Shown here in pieces: positions 26,348 to 35,042 of a stretch of DNA of 64,000 nucleotides. Made by a program: the position numbers and the translations under genes. Location of the stretch: contig JAKLDJ010000001.1 of the NCBI GenBank assembly GCA_022703585.1, forward strand, positions 740,006 through 804,005. The letters run 5' to 3'. The DNA is from Candidatus Omnitrophota bacterium. GTDB lineage: Bacteria > Omnitrophota > Gorgyraeia > Zapsychrales > JAKLDJ01. A model generated the notes under the pieces. That model did no database searches, was not told the DNA's origin, and worked only from the letters and a program-made list of their open reading frames with translations. The first letter of the stretch is position 1. Every line of letters starts with the position of its first letter.

Positions 26348-29104
26348 ATGATTGACTTTTCTCACGCGTCCGGCGCAGCAATAAAATCTTCCTTTGCCTC
26401 AAATCTTAATCAAGAATTCTTAAAAACCTGTCAGAATTTCTCCAGTCGTGAGGCCATGCGCTTAAAGACGGCTTCCGGCTGGGAGATCTATTCCTACCGG
26501 GATATTCTCGAAAGGTCTTTAAAAATATCCTCGTGGCTAAAAGAGCAGGGTTTTGGCAAGGACCATAAAGCCGCAATCCTGCTCGATAATTCACCGCAGT
26601 GGGCGGTGGCCTATTTTGGTATTCTGCTGGCGGGTGGGGTTTGCGTGCCGCTCGATCCTCAGCTAAACGCGGGAGATGCCCTTAAATTTATTAATGACGC
26701 GGGCGCTGATTTTATTTTTATCGAAAAGCGCCTGGTCGAGCAGGCTTCTTTTTTCGAAAAGGATGTTAAGAAAATCGTTGTCTTAGGCCCGGGGCCGCTC
26801 GCGAGAGGCTTTGTTTCTTTTCAGTCCATCATGCTGCAGCCGGGAGGGGAAGATATTCATAGCTTGCCGATAGCGAGCGAAAGGGATACGGCTGCCATTC
26901 TTTATTCTTCCGGCACTACGTCCAACCCCAAGGGAGTTGAATTATCGCAGCGCAATTTTGTTTCTAATTTTAACAGCATTAAAGAATTGAATGTCTGCAG
27001 CTCAAAGGATGTCTTTGTTTCGATCTTGCCCTTGTTCCACGCGTATGCTTTTATGGCGACTTTGGTTTTTCCTTTTTTTATCGGCGCTCGCATCGTTTAT
27101 CCTCGGACCATCAAGAGTAGCGAATTGTCCGGAATTCTAAAAGAAAGCGGTGTTACGATTATGGTGGGTGTTCCCGAGATTTTCTCGAATATTCACCGGT
27201 CTATGGCGCAAGGCATTAAGGATCTTCCTGTTTCAAGGAAATTATTTTTAAGTGCGGCAACCGGCCTTGGGCAATGGTTGCGGAAAATAACCGGTTTAAA
27301 TATTTTAAAGCGTATTTACAGGCCCTTTCACGAACGGCTGGGAGAGAATTTACGTCTTTTTATCAGCGGCGGCGCGCGGTTAGAACCCGGGGTTGCCCTG
27401 GGTTTTGAGAAGTTTGGCTTTACGATTCTTGAGGGTTACGGCTTAACCGAAACAGCGCCGCTGGTTACTCTTAATCCGCCCGGTAAACCTAAAGCTGGCT
27501 CCGTCGGAAAAGTGGTTCCCGGGGTCGAGGTCGAAATTATGAACCCTGATGCTGACGGCATCGGGGAAATTGCGGTACGCGGCTCAAACGTGATGAAGGG
27601 ATATTATCATAAGCCAGCCGAGACAAAAGAAGCCGTTAGGGGCGGATGGTTTTATACGGGTGATTTAGGGTATTTGGATAGCCAGGGATATCTTTACATC
27701 ACCGGACGCATTAAAGAGCTTATCGTGCTGGATTCGGGCAAGAATATATTCCCCGAGGAAATCGAAGGTTACTACGCGCGTTCGAAATTTATAAAAGAGA
27801 TAGGGATTTTTCTTTCCCCGGAAGAACACGGCTCGTGTTTAAAGGCGGTTATTGTCCCGGATTTTGAGGTTTTTAAAGAGATAGGGTTGATCAATGTGCG
27901 AGAGAAGATAAAGTGGGATGTCGAGAATATCTCCAGCCAGTTGCCGGCCTATAAGCGGATCCTGGGGTTTGCGATAACAAAAGATGAATTGCCTAAAACC
28001 CGCTTGGGCAAAATCAAGCGCTATCAGTTGCCGGTGATTTACCGGAAAGAGTCGGCTCAAAGTTCCGGGATGCCTATTGAAGCTGAATCCGAGGCCCTGG
28101 ACGGGATTTTCGAAAGTCCGACGGGGCAAAGAATTCTAGAATTCCTGCAAAAAGAATTGGTATCTGCCGGGAAGATCAGGGCTACGGACCATTTGGAACT
28201 TGATTTAGGAGTTGATTCGCTTAAATTTGTAGAGCTTGTTGCCGGAGTCGAGAAGATGTTCGGCATCCGTCTGGCGGATGATGTCTTTGCGGGGGTGTCA
28301 ACCGTTAAAGATCTCATTGGCGCGATTGAGGACATTTTAGCCCATCCGGCCGCGCCGGGTGAAGGCGGGGGGAGTTTTTCCAGGGACAGTTGGGGTGAGA
28401 TCCTGACCGGATTTGAAGAAAAACAATTTTCCTCGGTTGAGCTTCACCCCGGTTTTGTTAGCCGCCTTTTTGGCTATTTTGTAAAAACCCTCGTCTATCT
28501 TGTTTTTAAAATGGTTTTCCGTTTCACGGCGGCCGGCAGGAACAATCTTTCTTCCGTCGGGCCCTATGTTATTTGCTGTAATCACGCCAGCTACTTGGAT
28601 GCGTTTGCGATTCTTTCCGCGCTCCCCTTTCGGCTGGCGTTTAATACGTATTTTATCGGTTCCAAGGAAATCTTTGACCATCCGCTTTTAAAATGGTCGA
28701 TACGTCTCGCACGGATTATTCCCATTGATCCTTCCTCGGAGCTTATTAAGGCCATGCAGGCGTCCGCCCATGTCCTAAAACACGGAAAAATCCTGTGCCT
28801 GTTTCCCGAAGGGCAACGGTCGATTGACGGGCAGGTGAAGACGTTTAAAAAAGGAACCGGTATTCTGGTTAAGGAATTAGGAATTAATGTCGTTCCTGCC
28901 GCTATCGATGGCGCGTATGAAGCCTGGCCTAGAAGCGCGCGTTTTCCTAAGCCGCATCCGATTAAAGTAATCTTTGGCAAACCGATGGCAGCCCAGATCC
29001 TCTTGTCGTCGTCGACAGAATCGGCAGGAGATAATAAAAGCAACTCCATTGCCCGCCGTATCCGCGAAGAAGTATTGCTTCTTAAGCAGCAGCTCCGAAA
29101 GTAA
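26348..29104 (+). CDS. Tri-domain fusion: fatty-acid AMP/CoA ligase (AMP-binding) + acyl-carrier (phosphopantetheine-binding) domain + PlsC-type lysophospholipid acyltransferase
   Basis: AMP-binding: YSSGTTSNPKGVELS, GYGLTETAP, YTGDLGY. Carrier domain: LGVDSLKFVELVAGVEKMFGI (DSL phosphopantetheine-attachment serine). PlsC: VICCNHASYLDAFAI (H(X)4D) and FPEGQRS. Confidence 0.8.
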   Translation: MIDFSHASGAAIKSSFASNLNQEFLKTCQNFSSREAMRLKTASGWEIYSYRDILERSLKISSWLKEQGFGKDHKAAILLDNSPQWAVAYFGILLAGGVCVPLDPQLNAGDALKFINDAGADFIFIEKRLVEQASFFEKDVKKIVVLGPGPLARGFVSFQSIMLQPGGEDIHSLPIASERDTAAILYSSGTTSNPKGVELSQRNFVSNFNSIKELNVCSSKDVFVSILPLFHAYAFMATLVFPFFIGARIVYPRTIKSSELSGILKESGVTIMVGVPEIFSNIHRSMAQGIKDLPVSRKLFLSAATGLGQWLRKITGLNILKRIYRPFHERLGENLRLFISGGARLEPGVALGFEKFGFTILEGYGLTETAPLVTLNPPGKPKAGSVGKVVPGVEVEIMNPDADGIGEIAVRGSNVMKGYYHKPAETKEAVRGGWFYTGDLGYLDSQGYLYITGRIKELIVLDSGKNIFPEEIEGYYARSKFIKEIGIFLSPEEHGSCLKAVIVPDFEVFKEIGLINVREKIKWDVENISSQLPAYKRILGFAITKDELPKTRLGKIKRYQLPVIYRKESAQSSGMPIEAESEALDGIFESPTGQRILEFLQKELVSAGKIRATDHLELDLGVDSLKFVELVAGVEKMFGIRLADDVFAGVSTVKDLIGAIEDILAHPAAPGEGGGSFSRDSWGEILTGFEEKQFSSVELHPGFVSRLFGYFVKTLVYLVFKMVFRFTAAGRNNLSSVGPYVICCNHASYLDAFAILSALPFRLAFNTYFIGSKEIFDHPLLKWSIRLARIIPIDPSSELIKAMQASAHVLKHGKILCLFPEGQRSIDGQVKTFKKGTGILVKELGINVVPAAIDGAYEAWPRSARFPKPHPIKVIFGKPMAAQILLSSSTESAGDNKSNSIARRIREEVLLLKQQLRK

Positions 29105-29164
29105 CAGTTTACCCTCGTATGTAAAAAATCCCCTTACTTTTATTACGGTTGATTCTTGATTGGA

Positions 29165-29710
29165 TTACTTCTTGTCTGAAATACCGGTGGGCGGTGCGGC
29201 CTGGTTTAATTCCTTGAAAATTATGACTTGTCGTTCTCGTTCTCGGCGTCGGCTTCGGTCATCCGTACGCAGATTCGGCGGGGAAATTCTTTCTTTGAGA
29301 TCAGCTTTCTTAGATGTTATTTCAGGCTCTTTGCGGCATTCTATTTGTGGTTTTTGCTCTGCCCTGGTGATAAATCCATAATTAAGTTTTGGCGCGGATT
29401 CTTTCTTGGGTTGCGGTTGCGATGTCTGTCGGGGTTCTTTCTGAGGATTTTGCTCGGTTTCCTGTTGCTGCGTCATGAGTTTAATATATTTAGGCGCGGT
29501 TTTATTGTGAGGATTATAAATAAGAGCTTTTTTAAATTCGCCCAAGGCCTCGGCATAATTTCCCCTTTTGTAAAACTTGAGGCCCAGTTCGCATAGGAAA
29601 TCGTCGATGGTTGTGCAAAAGGCCGGGTTTGGCAAAAGCAGGGCAGCCAAAATGCACATCAGCAGCAAGGGGGCAGAAAGAGAAATAATGTGCCTGGGTC
29701 TTGGTTTCAT
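29165..29710 (-). CDS. Secreted TPR-motif protein with low-complexity Q/P/K/E-rich C-terminal region
   Basis: One of only two minus-strand genes in the window. Signal-peptide-like IISLSAPLLLMCILAALLL, then a TPR unit FYKRGNYAEALGEFKKALIYNPHN. Start taken at MKPRP. Confidence 0.5.
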   Translation of the reverse strand: MKPRPRHIISLSAPLLLMCILAALLLPNPAFCTTIDDFLCELGLKFYKRGNYAEALGEFKKALIYNPHNKTAPKYIKLMTQQQETEQNPQKEPRQTSQPQPKKESAPKLNYGFITRAEQKPQIECRKEPEITSKKADLKERISPPNLRTDDRSRRRERERQVIIFKELNQAAPPTGISDKK

Positions 29711-29838
29711 AAGTTTCTCGGCCTTGGGTCGCAACCGGTATTCCTTAACCTGCGATTTTTTCTCTTACAGAGAAACGCATCCTCTTAAATAATCGAAATT
29801 TAGTATATCATATTTTTATTCGGCTTGTCACTTGAGTC

Positions 29839-29868
29839 TTTACAGGCGTAAATTCACAGTATATAATA
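29839..29868 (+). promoter_or_regulatory. Sigma70-like promoter (TTTACA-18-TATAAT) driving a small ORF
   Basis: TTTACA at 29839-29844, an 18-nt spacer, TATAAT at 29863-29868. AGGAGGGG ribosome-binding site and an ATG follow at 29902. Confidence 0.5.
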
Positions 29869-29901
29869 CACCCTATCTATTCAAAACAAAAGGAGGGGAA
29901 A

Positions 29902-30051
29902 ATGATGTGTCCGATGATGATGGGAAAAAGTTCTGATATGATCATTTGCGGTACCGTACAGATATTTTTGTTGATTTGGATTATTTTTGTGCCGATCGTT
30001 ATTACGGCCCGCCTGGAGCAAATCATAAAGCTGCTTAAAGAAAAGAAATAA
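29902..30051 (+). CDS. Small Met/Cys-rich single-TM membrane protein (49 aa)
   Basis: MMCPMMMGKSSDMIICGTVQIFLLIWIIFVPIVITARLEQIIKLLKEKK. Strong ribosome-binding site AAAAGGAGGGG. Not in the ORF track because it is under 60 aa. Confidence 0.45.
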   Translation: MMCPMMMGKSSDMIICGTVQIFLLIWIIFVPIVITARLEQIIKLLKEKK

Positions 30052-30100
30052 GCTTTTCTTTTTTAAGCATCAATTGGTCTGTAAGTTTTAGGAACATCGT

Positions 30101-30130
30101 GCAAGGGCTCGAGATTCTTCGAGCCCTTGT
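30101..30130 (+). terminator. Perfect 11-bp stem-loop (CAAGGGCTCGA / TCGAGCCCTTG) followed by TTTGG
   Basis: Read directly from the sequence. It lies between the small ORF and dinB, so it could be a terminator or a regulatory hairpin. Confidence 0.4.
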
Positions 30131-30186
30131 TTGGTAAGGCTCATCCTGACATTAAACTTTTCTTGCCTCAATACGGAATCCTTCCT

Positions 30187-31380
30187 ATGGCAGCCAAAGT
30201 CATCGCCCATATCGACATGGATGCCTTTTTTGCGGCGGTTGAACAAAGAGATAATCCTTCTCTTCGCGGTCAGCCGGTTGTCATCGGCGCCGACCCCAAG
30301 GCAGGCCGCGGCCGGGGAGTGGTTTCGACGTGTTCTTATGAAGCCAGGACCTACGGCATCCATTCGGCCATGCCCATTTCCGCAGCCTACAAACTCTGCC
30401 CCCGCGCGGCATTTCTACCCGTTGATATGCGTAAATACGCCCAAGTATCCGATCAGATTCTTAAAATCCTCTACGATTTTACTCCGGATATTGAACCCGT
30501 CAGTATCGACGAGGCCTTTCTGGATATTACCGGAAGTTTTCATTTCTATAAAACACCTTTTGATACTTGCCTCAAAATAAAACAAAGAATACATAGCGAA
30601 ATTGGGCTTACTGCATCCGTTGGGATTGCCCCTATTAAAATGGCGGCCAAGATAGCCTCGGATTTATGCAAGCCCGACGGGTTACTGGAAATAAAAAGGG
30701 ATGATTTGCTGACATTTCTTTGGCCTCTTTCTATTGAAAAGCTATGGGGCGTGGGCGACAAGACGAGGAAAGCCTTAAACGGGCTAGGTGTTTATACCAT
30801 CGGTGACCTGGCCCATGTCTCGGAAGACGGATTGCGCCAACATCTAGGTGAAAACGGCCGCCATCTTTTTGCCCTGGCAAACGGTATCGATGAACGCGAC
30901 GTTCACATTGAAGAAGAAGTCAAGTCTGTCAGCAACGAGCATACCTTTGAGCGCGACACCAATGACAAAGAAGAAATTTATGCGACCTTGCTTTTTTTAA
31001 GCGAAAAGGTATCGCGGCGGCTGCGCAAAGAACAACTTAAGGGTAAAACCATTACGCTTAAAATCCGCCTGGAAGGATTCCACACCTTTACCCGCGCCTT
31101 TACCTTTTTGGAGAAAACCAATTTTTCCGATGTGATTTATAAAAAGGCCAGGGAACTTTTTGACGAATTCTATGCGCCAAAAATGAAAATCCGCCTTTTA
31201 GGCGTGCGCGTATCTCATTTTGATGATCCGTATGTTCAAGAGAGCCTTTTTGAGAACAAGGGGGCCCAACGCCTGGAAAAGATTCACCGGGCCGTCGATA
31301 CCATTAAGGATAAATTCGGCGAGGGGGCTATCCATAAAGGCCCGGTCCATAAAGACCCGGCTCGCCTTGTGAAATCATGA
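30187..31380 (+). CDS. dinB: DNA polymerase IV (Y-family translesion polymerase)
   Basis: VIAHIDMDAFFAAVEQRDNPSLRGQPVVIG, SIDEAFLDITG. Start taken at the internal ATG 30187 (MAAKV). Confidence 0.9.
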   Translation: MAAKVIAHIDMDAFFAAVEQRDNPSLRGQPVVIGADPKAGRGRGVVSTCSYEARTYGIHSAMPISAAYKLCPRAAFLPVDMRKYAQVSDQILKILYDFTPDIEPVSIDEAFLDITGSFHFYKTPFDTCLKIKQRIHSEIGLTASVGIAPIKMAAKIASDLCKPDGLLEIKRDDLLTFLWPLSIEKLWGVGDKTRKALNGLGVYTIGDLAHVSEDGLRQHLGENGRHLFALANGIDERDVHIEEEVKSVSNEHTFERDTNDKEEIYATLLFLSEKVSRRLRKEQLKGKTITLKIRLEGFHTFTRAFTFLEKTNFSDVIYKKARELFDEFYAPKMKIRLLGVRVSHFDDPYVQESLFENKGAQRLEKIHRAVDTIKDKFGEGAIHKGPVHKDPARLVKS

Positions 31381-31399
31381 TAGTGGAAAAAGGGGAGGG

Positions 31400-31650
31400 T
31401 TTTGGGTATGATAATGAGTATCGCAAAAGGAAGGGGCCAGGCGCAATCTTATCCGCCTTCGCAGAAAACTACCTCGCACGAGTGCTGCGGGATGGATGAA
31501 TGTGAAAATGTGCTCCGGCGAGATTCCGCCCGCACGGTCAAGCCCATCATTTTTGGGCGGATAACCCTACGAAGCTCAAACACGAAAGTATTTGAGCGAA
31601 GTAGGGTAATACAGAAAGGCAGCACGGGTTTGCCCGTGGGGCTCCATAAT
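31400..31650 (+). ncRNA. Candidate structured non-coding RNA / cis-regulatory leader (family unknown)
   Basis: The GC-rich 270-nt intergenic stretch packs several hairpins: CCGCCC..GGGCGG enclosing GCCCA..TGGGC; CCCTAC-gaag-CTCAAA paired with TTTGAG-cgaa-GTAGGG; CACGGG-TTTG-CCCGTG. Both overlapping ORFs look non-coding. Confidence 0.3.
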
Positions 31651-31652
31651 TT

Positions 31653-33767
31653 ATGCATTCTTTCGTAAAAGAAAAGATCAGCGATTATGCTTTCGTTGTT
31701 TACTCCTCCGCGGCCAGCCTTCTGTTGGCCTTTCAGGTGCTCGTGGCTTCCGTCATCATTTTCCACTTTATCCCCATCGCGTATGATCTAAAATCCCTGT
31801 ATCTCGATATTTATATCGGCAATCTTTATGTGAACCGCAAGATTCTTTTTTACCGTATCTTTATCTGCTCGGCTGTATTCATCCAGTTGCTCCAATTTTT
31901 TATTTTCCGCTCCCGGGCTGCCAGCCCGGATTTTATTAAGAACCTAAAGGCCTTCGTTATTGCCGAAGGCATCCTGACCGGGTTATTTATTTACGGCTAT
32001 TTCCTTTTTACGGTTGACGACCGTTTATTTCTGCCCAAGATAATCTTGGCTGCTTGTGCGCTGCTGATGGTAGTGAATAAAATTTGTGTTTTTTTAATTT
32101 CGGACTTTATAAAACGATTTTCCGGTTGGCTTACAGGAACGCAAAGAATATTTTTATCGCTCAAAGGGCCGGATATCTTCGCGGCGCTTTTTATTATCCT
32201 TGCCTTGTATATTCCCGATACGACGGGCCTTAAAAGCGCCATCTATGCGGGGGACCATTTTTACCATATCGATGTATTTGTCATGGGGCCGGGATGGGCT
32301 TCGCTTAAAGGGCTTATCCCCAACGTCGATACCTACAGCCAGTACGGGACCATTATGCCGATTTTGCTAAGCCGTCTCAGCTTGATCTTAGGCGGATTTA
32401 GTTATGAAAATATATTGAAGGTTATGATGGGGATGGGAATTATTTATTACCTGGTGCTTTACTTTTTCTTAAAAAGTTCGCTGCGTAGTTCTATCGTCGC
32501 TATCATAGGAATTTTATGGCTGTTTAAATTGCAGGTGTTTCACCTGGATACATCGCTGTATCTTTATCCGGGCCGGACGGTTGTCCGGTTCTTCTTCGAT
32601 GTTCCCTTCTTCATTTTTCTTCTAAGCCACTTGCGTACAGAAAAAAGGGGGTGGCTTTTTGCTATGGCCGCGATATCCGGTTTTGCCGTCAGCTATGTAA
32701 CCGATACCGGGGCGTACCTGGTAGTTTGTTTTTATATTTATCTGTTGCTGGTGATGGCCCAGCCTCATTGTCGTCGTGACTTTATTAAAAGTAAAAAAGG
32801 CCTGTTTGTTTTTGGGGTCTTGTGTGTCCTGCCTGCCGTTGTTTACTTTACCTTCTTATGGTCTTCGGTTGGTTCTGCGGTTTTTCATTCCGCGTATTGG
32901 AATAATCTCTTAGGGTTTGTAAAGCAAGCGAATACGGGTTTTGGGGCGATGCCGTTTATGCAGTTATTTAAAAAGGGGCAGATGGGCGCGTTTACGATCA
33001 GCGTCATGATGCCGTTGTGCTACCTGGCTACGTTTTTGATTTGCGCGGGATTTTATCTTCAGCGGACTAGCCGTAAGGAATTTATCCTGCCGGTCGTGAT
33101 GAGTGTCTATGGGTTATGCCTGTATCAGTATTATGTTTGGAGCTCGGTGGAATTTAATTATTTGATTTACTGCGTGCCGTTTATTTTTGTTCTTTGTTAC
33201 TGGTTTGTCTTGGTCCTCGATGGGCAACCGGACGAGAGGGCTCGTCCGGTTGCCCTAACCGTGCTTGGCGTCAGCCTTTTGGCCTTATTGGCGACACCTA
33301 GTTTTTTGAAGTGTCCCAACATATTTAATTTTGAGAAAAAAGACTATGTCCTTAGCAAACGTGTCTACGGGAAGACATTTGATATAGAAACGGACGCCAA
33401 TTTCGTAAAACAGCTGACACGTCCCGATGAAGAGGCCTGCCTTATCAGCAGTTTTGATGTCGCGCTGTTGATGCGGGCGGAGCGCAAGCCGTTTTTTACC
33501 CGGTTTCCTTTTATCAAATCGTCATTCTTCCAATCCGAGGATTTTCAGGGCCCCGCGTCGCAACTCAAGGAAGATTATGAAAATGCCCTGATAAAACTTT
33601 CTACAGAAAAACCGCCGTATGTGTTTGTAGAAAAAAAGATTTTGATTGATTATTGGACAAACAGAAAACAACTGTGGTTTCCCGAGCTGGAGTATTTCCT
33701 GCGCCTGAATTACACGCTCGGCCCGGAAAGCAAACATTTGGTAGCCTTAAAAAGAAACCTTCCCTGA
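31653..33767 (+). CDS. Large polytopic integral membrane protein (>=12 TM) with C-terminal soluble domain; possible GT-C-type glycosyltransferase
   Basis: Hydrophobic helices span ~520 aa, followed by a ~180-aa hydrophilic tail. An FTVDDRLF motif sits in an early loop. No confident family assignment. Confidence 0.45.
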   Translation: MHSFVKEKISDYAFVVYSSAASLLLAFQVLVASVIIFHFIPIAYDLKSLYLDIYIGNLYVNRKILFYRIFICSAVFIQLLQFFIFRSRAASPDFIKNLKAFVIAEGILTGLFIYGYFLFTVDDRLFLPKIILAACALLMVVNKICVFLISDFIKRFSGWLTGTQRIFLSLKGPDIFAALFIILALYIPDTTGLKSAIYAGDHFYHIDVFVMGPGWASLKGLIPNVDTYSQYGTIMPILLSRLSLILGGFSYENILKVMMGMGIIYYLVLYFFLKSSLRSSIVAIIGILWLFKLQVFHLDTSLYLYPGRTVVRFFFDVPFFIFLLSHLRTEKRGWLFAMAAISGFAVSYVTDTGAYLVVCFYIYLLLVMAQPHCRRDFIKSKKGLFVFGVLCVLPAVVYFTFLWSSVGSAVFHSAYWNNLLGFVKQANTGFGAMPFMQLFKKGQMGAFTISVMMPLCYLATFLICAGFYLQRTSRKEFILPVVMSVYGLCLYQYYVWSSVEFNYLIYCVPFIFVLCYWFVLVLDGQPDERARPVALTVLGVSLLALLATPSFLKCPNIFNFEKKDYVLSKRVYGKTFDIETDANFVKQLTRPDEEACLISSFDVALLMRAERKPFFTRFPFIKSSFFQSEDFQGPASQLKEDYENALIKLSTEKPPYVFVEKKILIDYWTNRKQLWFPELEYFLRLNYTLGPESKHLVALKRNLP

Positions 33768-33874
33768 ACTCTTTGAAGCGGGATAAATATCTTGTCTAAA
33801 CCTTCACTTTTAGATAAGATGTCAGGGAAAGAAGTCAAAGAAGGTGAAAAGGCTATCATTGAAAAGGTGAAAGA

Positions 33875-35020
33875 ATGAACGTGTTAAGCTGGATTATATT
33901 AGGTTTGGCTGTCGGAGTTTTCTTCTTCTTGTTTGTTTTCTTTAAGAAGCAGATGGAAAAAGAAATCGAGATAAAATTATCGAAATTATCTCAAGAGGCA
34001 CTCAAAGCCAACAACGAGCAGTTTTTAGTTTTGGCAAAAGAAGTGCTCGGGTCTAAGGAGAAAGAAATTCAGGCGGATTTTGACGCGCGCAAGCAGGCGG
34101 TTCAGAATTCCGTCGAGGGCCTGGAAAAACAGCTTAAGGAATACAAAGACCTTATGCGTAAATTTGAGGAGGACCGTACCCAGAAATACGGCAATCTGGA
34201 GAATGAACTTAAGAATACCTCCCAGATGACCTCGAAACTGCAGGATACGACCAATCGCTTGACCAATATCTTGGGGAATGTAAAACTGCGCGGGCAGTGG
34301 GGGGAGCGCATGGCCGAAGATATCATCAAAGGCTGCGGTTTGATCGAGAACGTTAATTATAAAAAACAGACCAAATTGGACGCGGCAACCACTAAACCCG
34401 ACTATACATTTTTGCTTCCCGATAACCATAAAATCAATATGGATGTTAAATTTCCGTTGGATAATTATCTGAGCATGGTTAATGCCGAAGAGCCCGGCCA
34501 GCGAGAAGGTTACAAGAAAGAATTTTTGCGCAATGTCAGCATGCGCATTAAGGAAATCCAAAACCGCTCCTATATTAATCCGGGTGAGGATACGCTGGAT
34601 TTTGTTTTGTTGTTTATTCCCAACGAGCAGGTTTTTGGCTTTATTCAGGAGAACATGCCCGGCCTGATCGACGAGGCTTTAAAACAGAAGGTTGTATTGT
34701 GCTCGCCTTTTACCTTGTACGCGATGCTTTCCGTTATCCGCCAGGCCTTTGAGAATTTCCGTTATGAAAAGGCTACGAAAGAAATCGTTAAGATGATCGA
34801 ACTTTTTTCTAAGTCCTACGGCGTTTTTAAAGAACGCTTTGGTGACTTAGGGGTTTCTATCGATAAGCTTGGGGATCAATATGATAAAATCAAGGCTACG
34901 AGTTTTAAAGAATTAGATACCAAAATCAGGCGCATCGACGATTACAAGAAAGGGAATATTTCTTCTTTAGAAAATCAGGGCAATATTATTGATATCCCCC
35001 GGGATAACCCGGAGGTTTAA
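33875..35020 (+). CDS. rmuC: DNA recombination protein RmuC
   Basis: N-terminal TM helix and coiled coils, then the RmuC core DYTFLLPDNHKINMDVKFPLDNY...FVLLFIPNEQVF. Confidence 0.8.
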   Translation: MNVLSWIILGLAVGVFFFLFVFFKKQMEKEIEIKLSKLSQEALKANNEQFLVLAKEVLGSKEKEIQADFDARKQAVQNSVEGLEKQLKEYKDLMRKFEEDRTQKYGNLENELKNTSQMTSKLQDTTNRLTNILGNVKLRGQWGERMAEDIIKGCGLIENVNYKKQTKLDAATTKPDYTFLLPDNHKINMDVKFPLDNYLSMVNAEEPGQREGYKKEFLRNVSMRIKEIQNRSYINPGEDTLDFVLLFIPNEQVFGFIQENMPGLIDEALKQKVVLCSPFTLYAMLSVIRQAFENFRYEKATKEIVKMIELFSKSYGVFKERFGDLGVSIDKLGDQYDKIKATSFKELDTKIRRIDDYKKGNISSLENQGNIIDIPRDNPEV

Positions 35021-35042
35021 GCGGCAGATCGCCGTATCTCTG

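Noticed and set aside
29160-29596. Plus-strand ORFs (73 aa, 122 aa) overlapping the minus-strand TPR gene
   Set aside because: Their translations are Arg/Ser/Phe-rich nonsense, while the minus-strand frame has a signal peptide plus a TPR motif. Only one strand can reasonably code.
31402-31766. 88-aa (+) and 105-aa (-) ORFs in the dinB-downstream intergenic region
   Set aside because: They overlap each other, lack a ribosome-binding site and have non-protein-like composition. The region is better explained as structured RNA (see finding).
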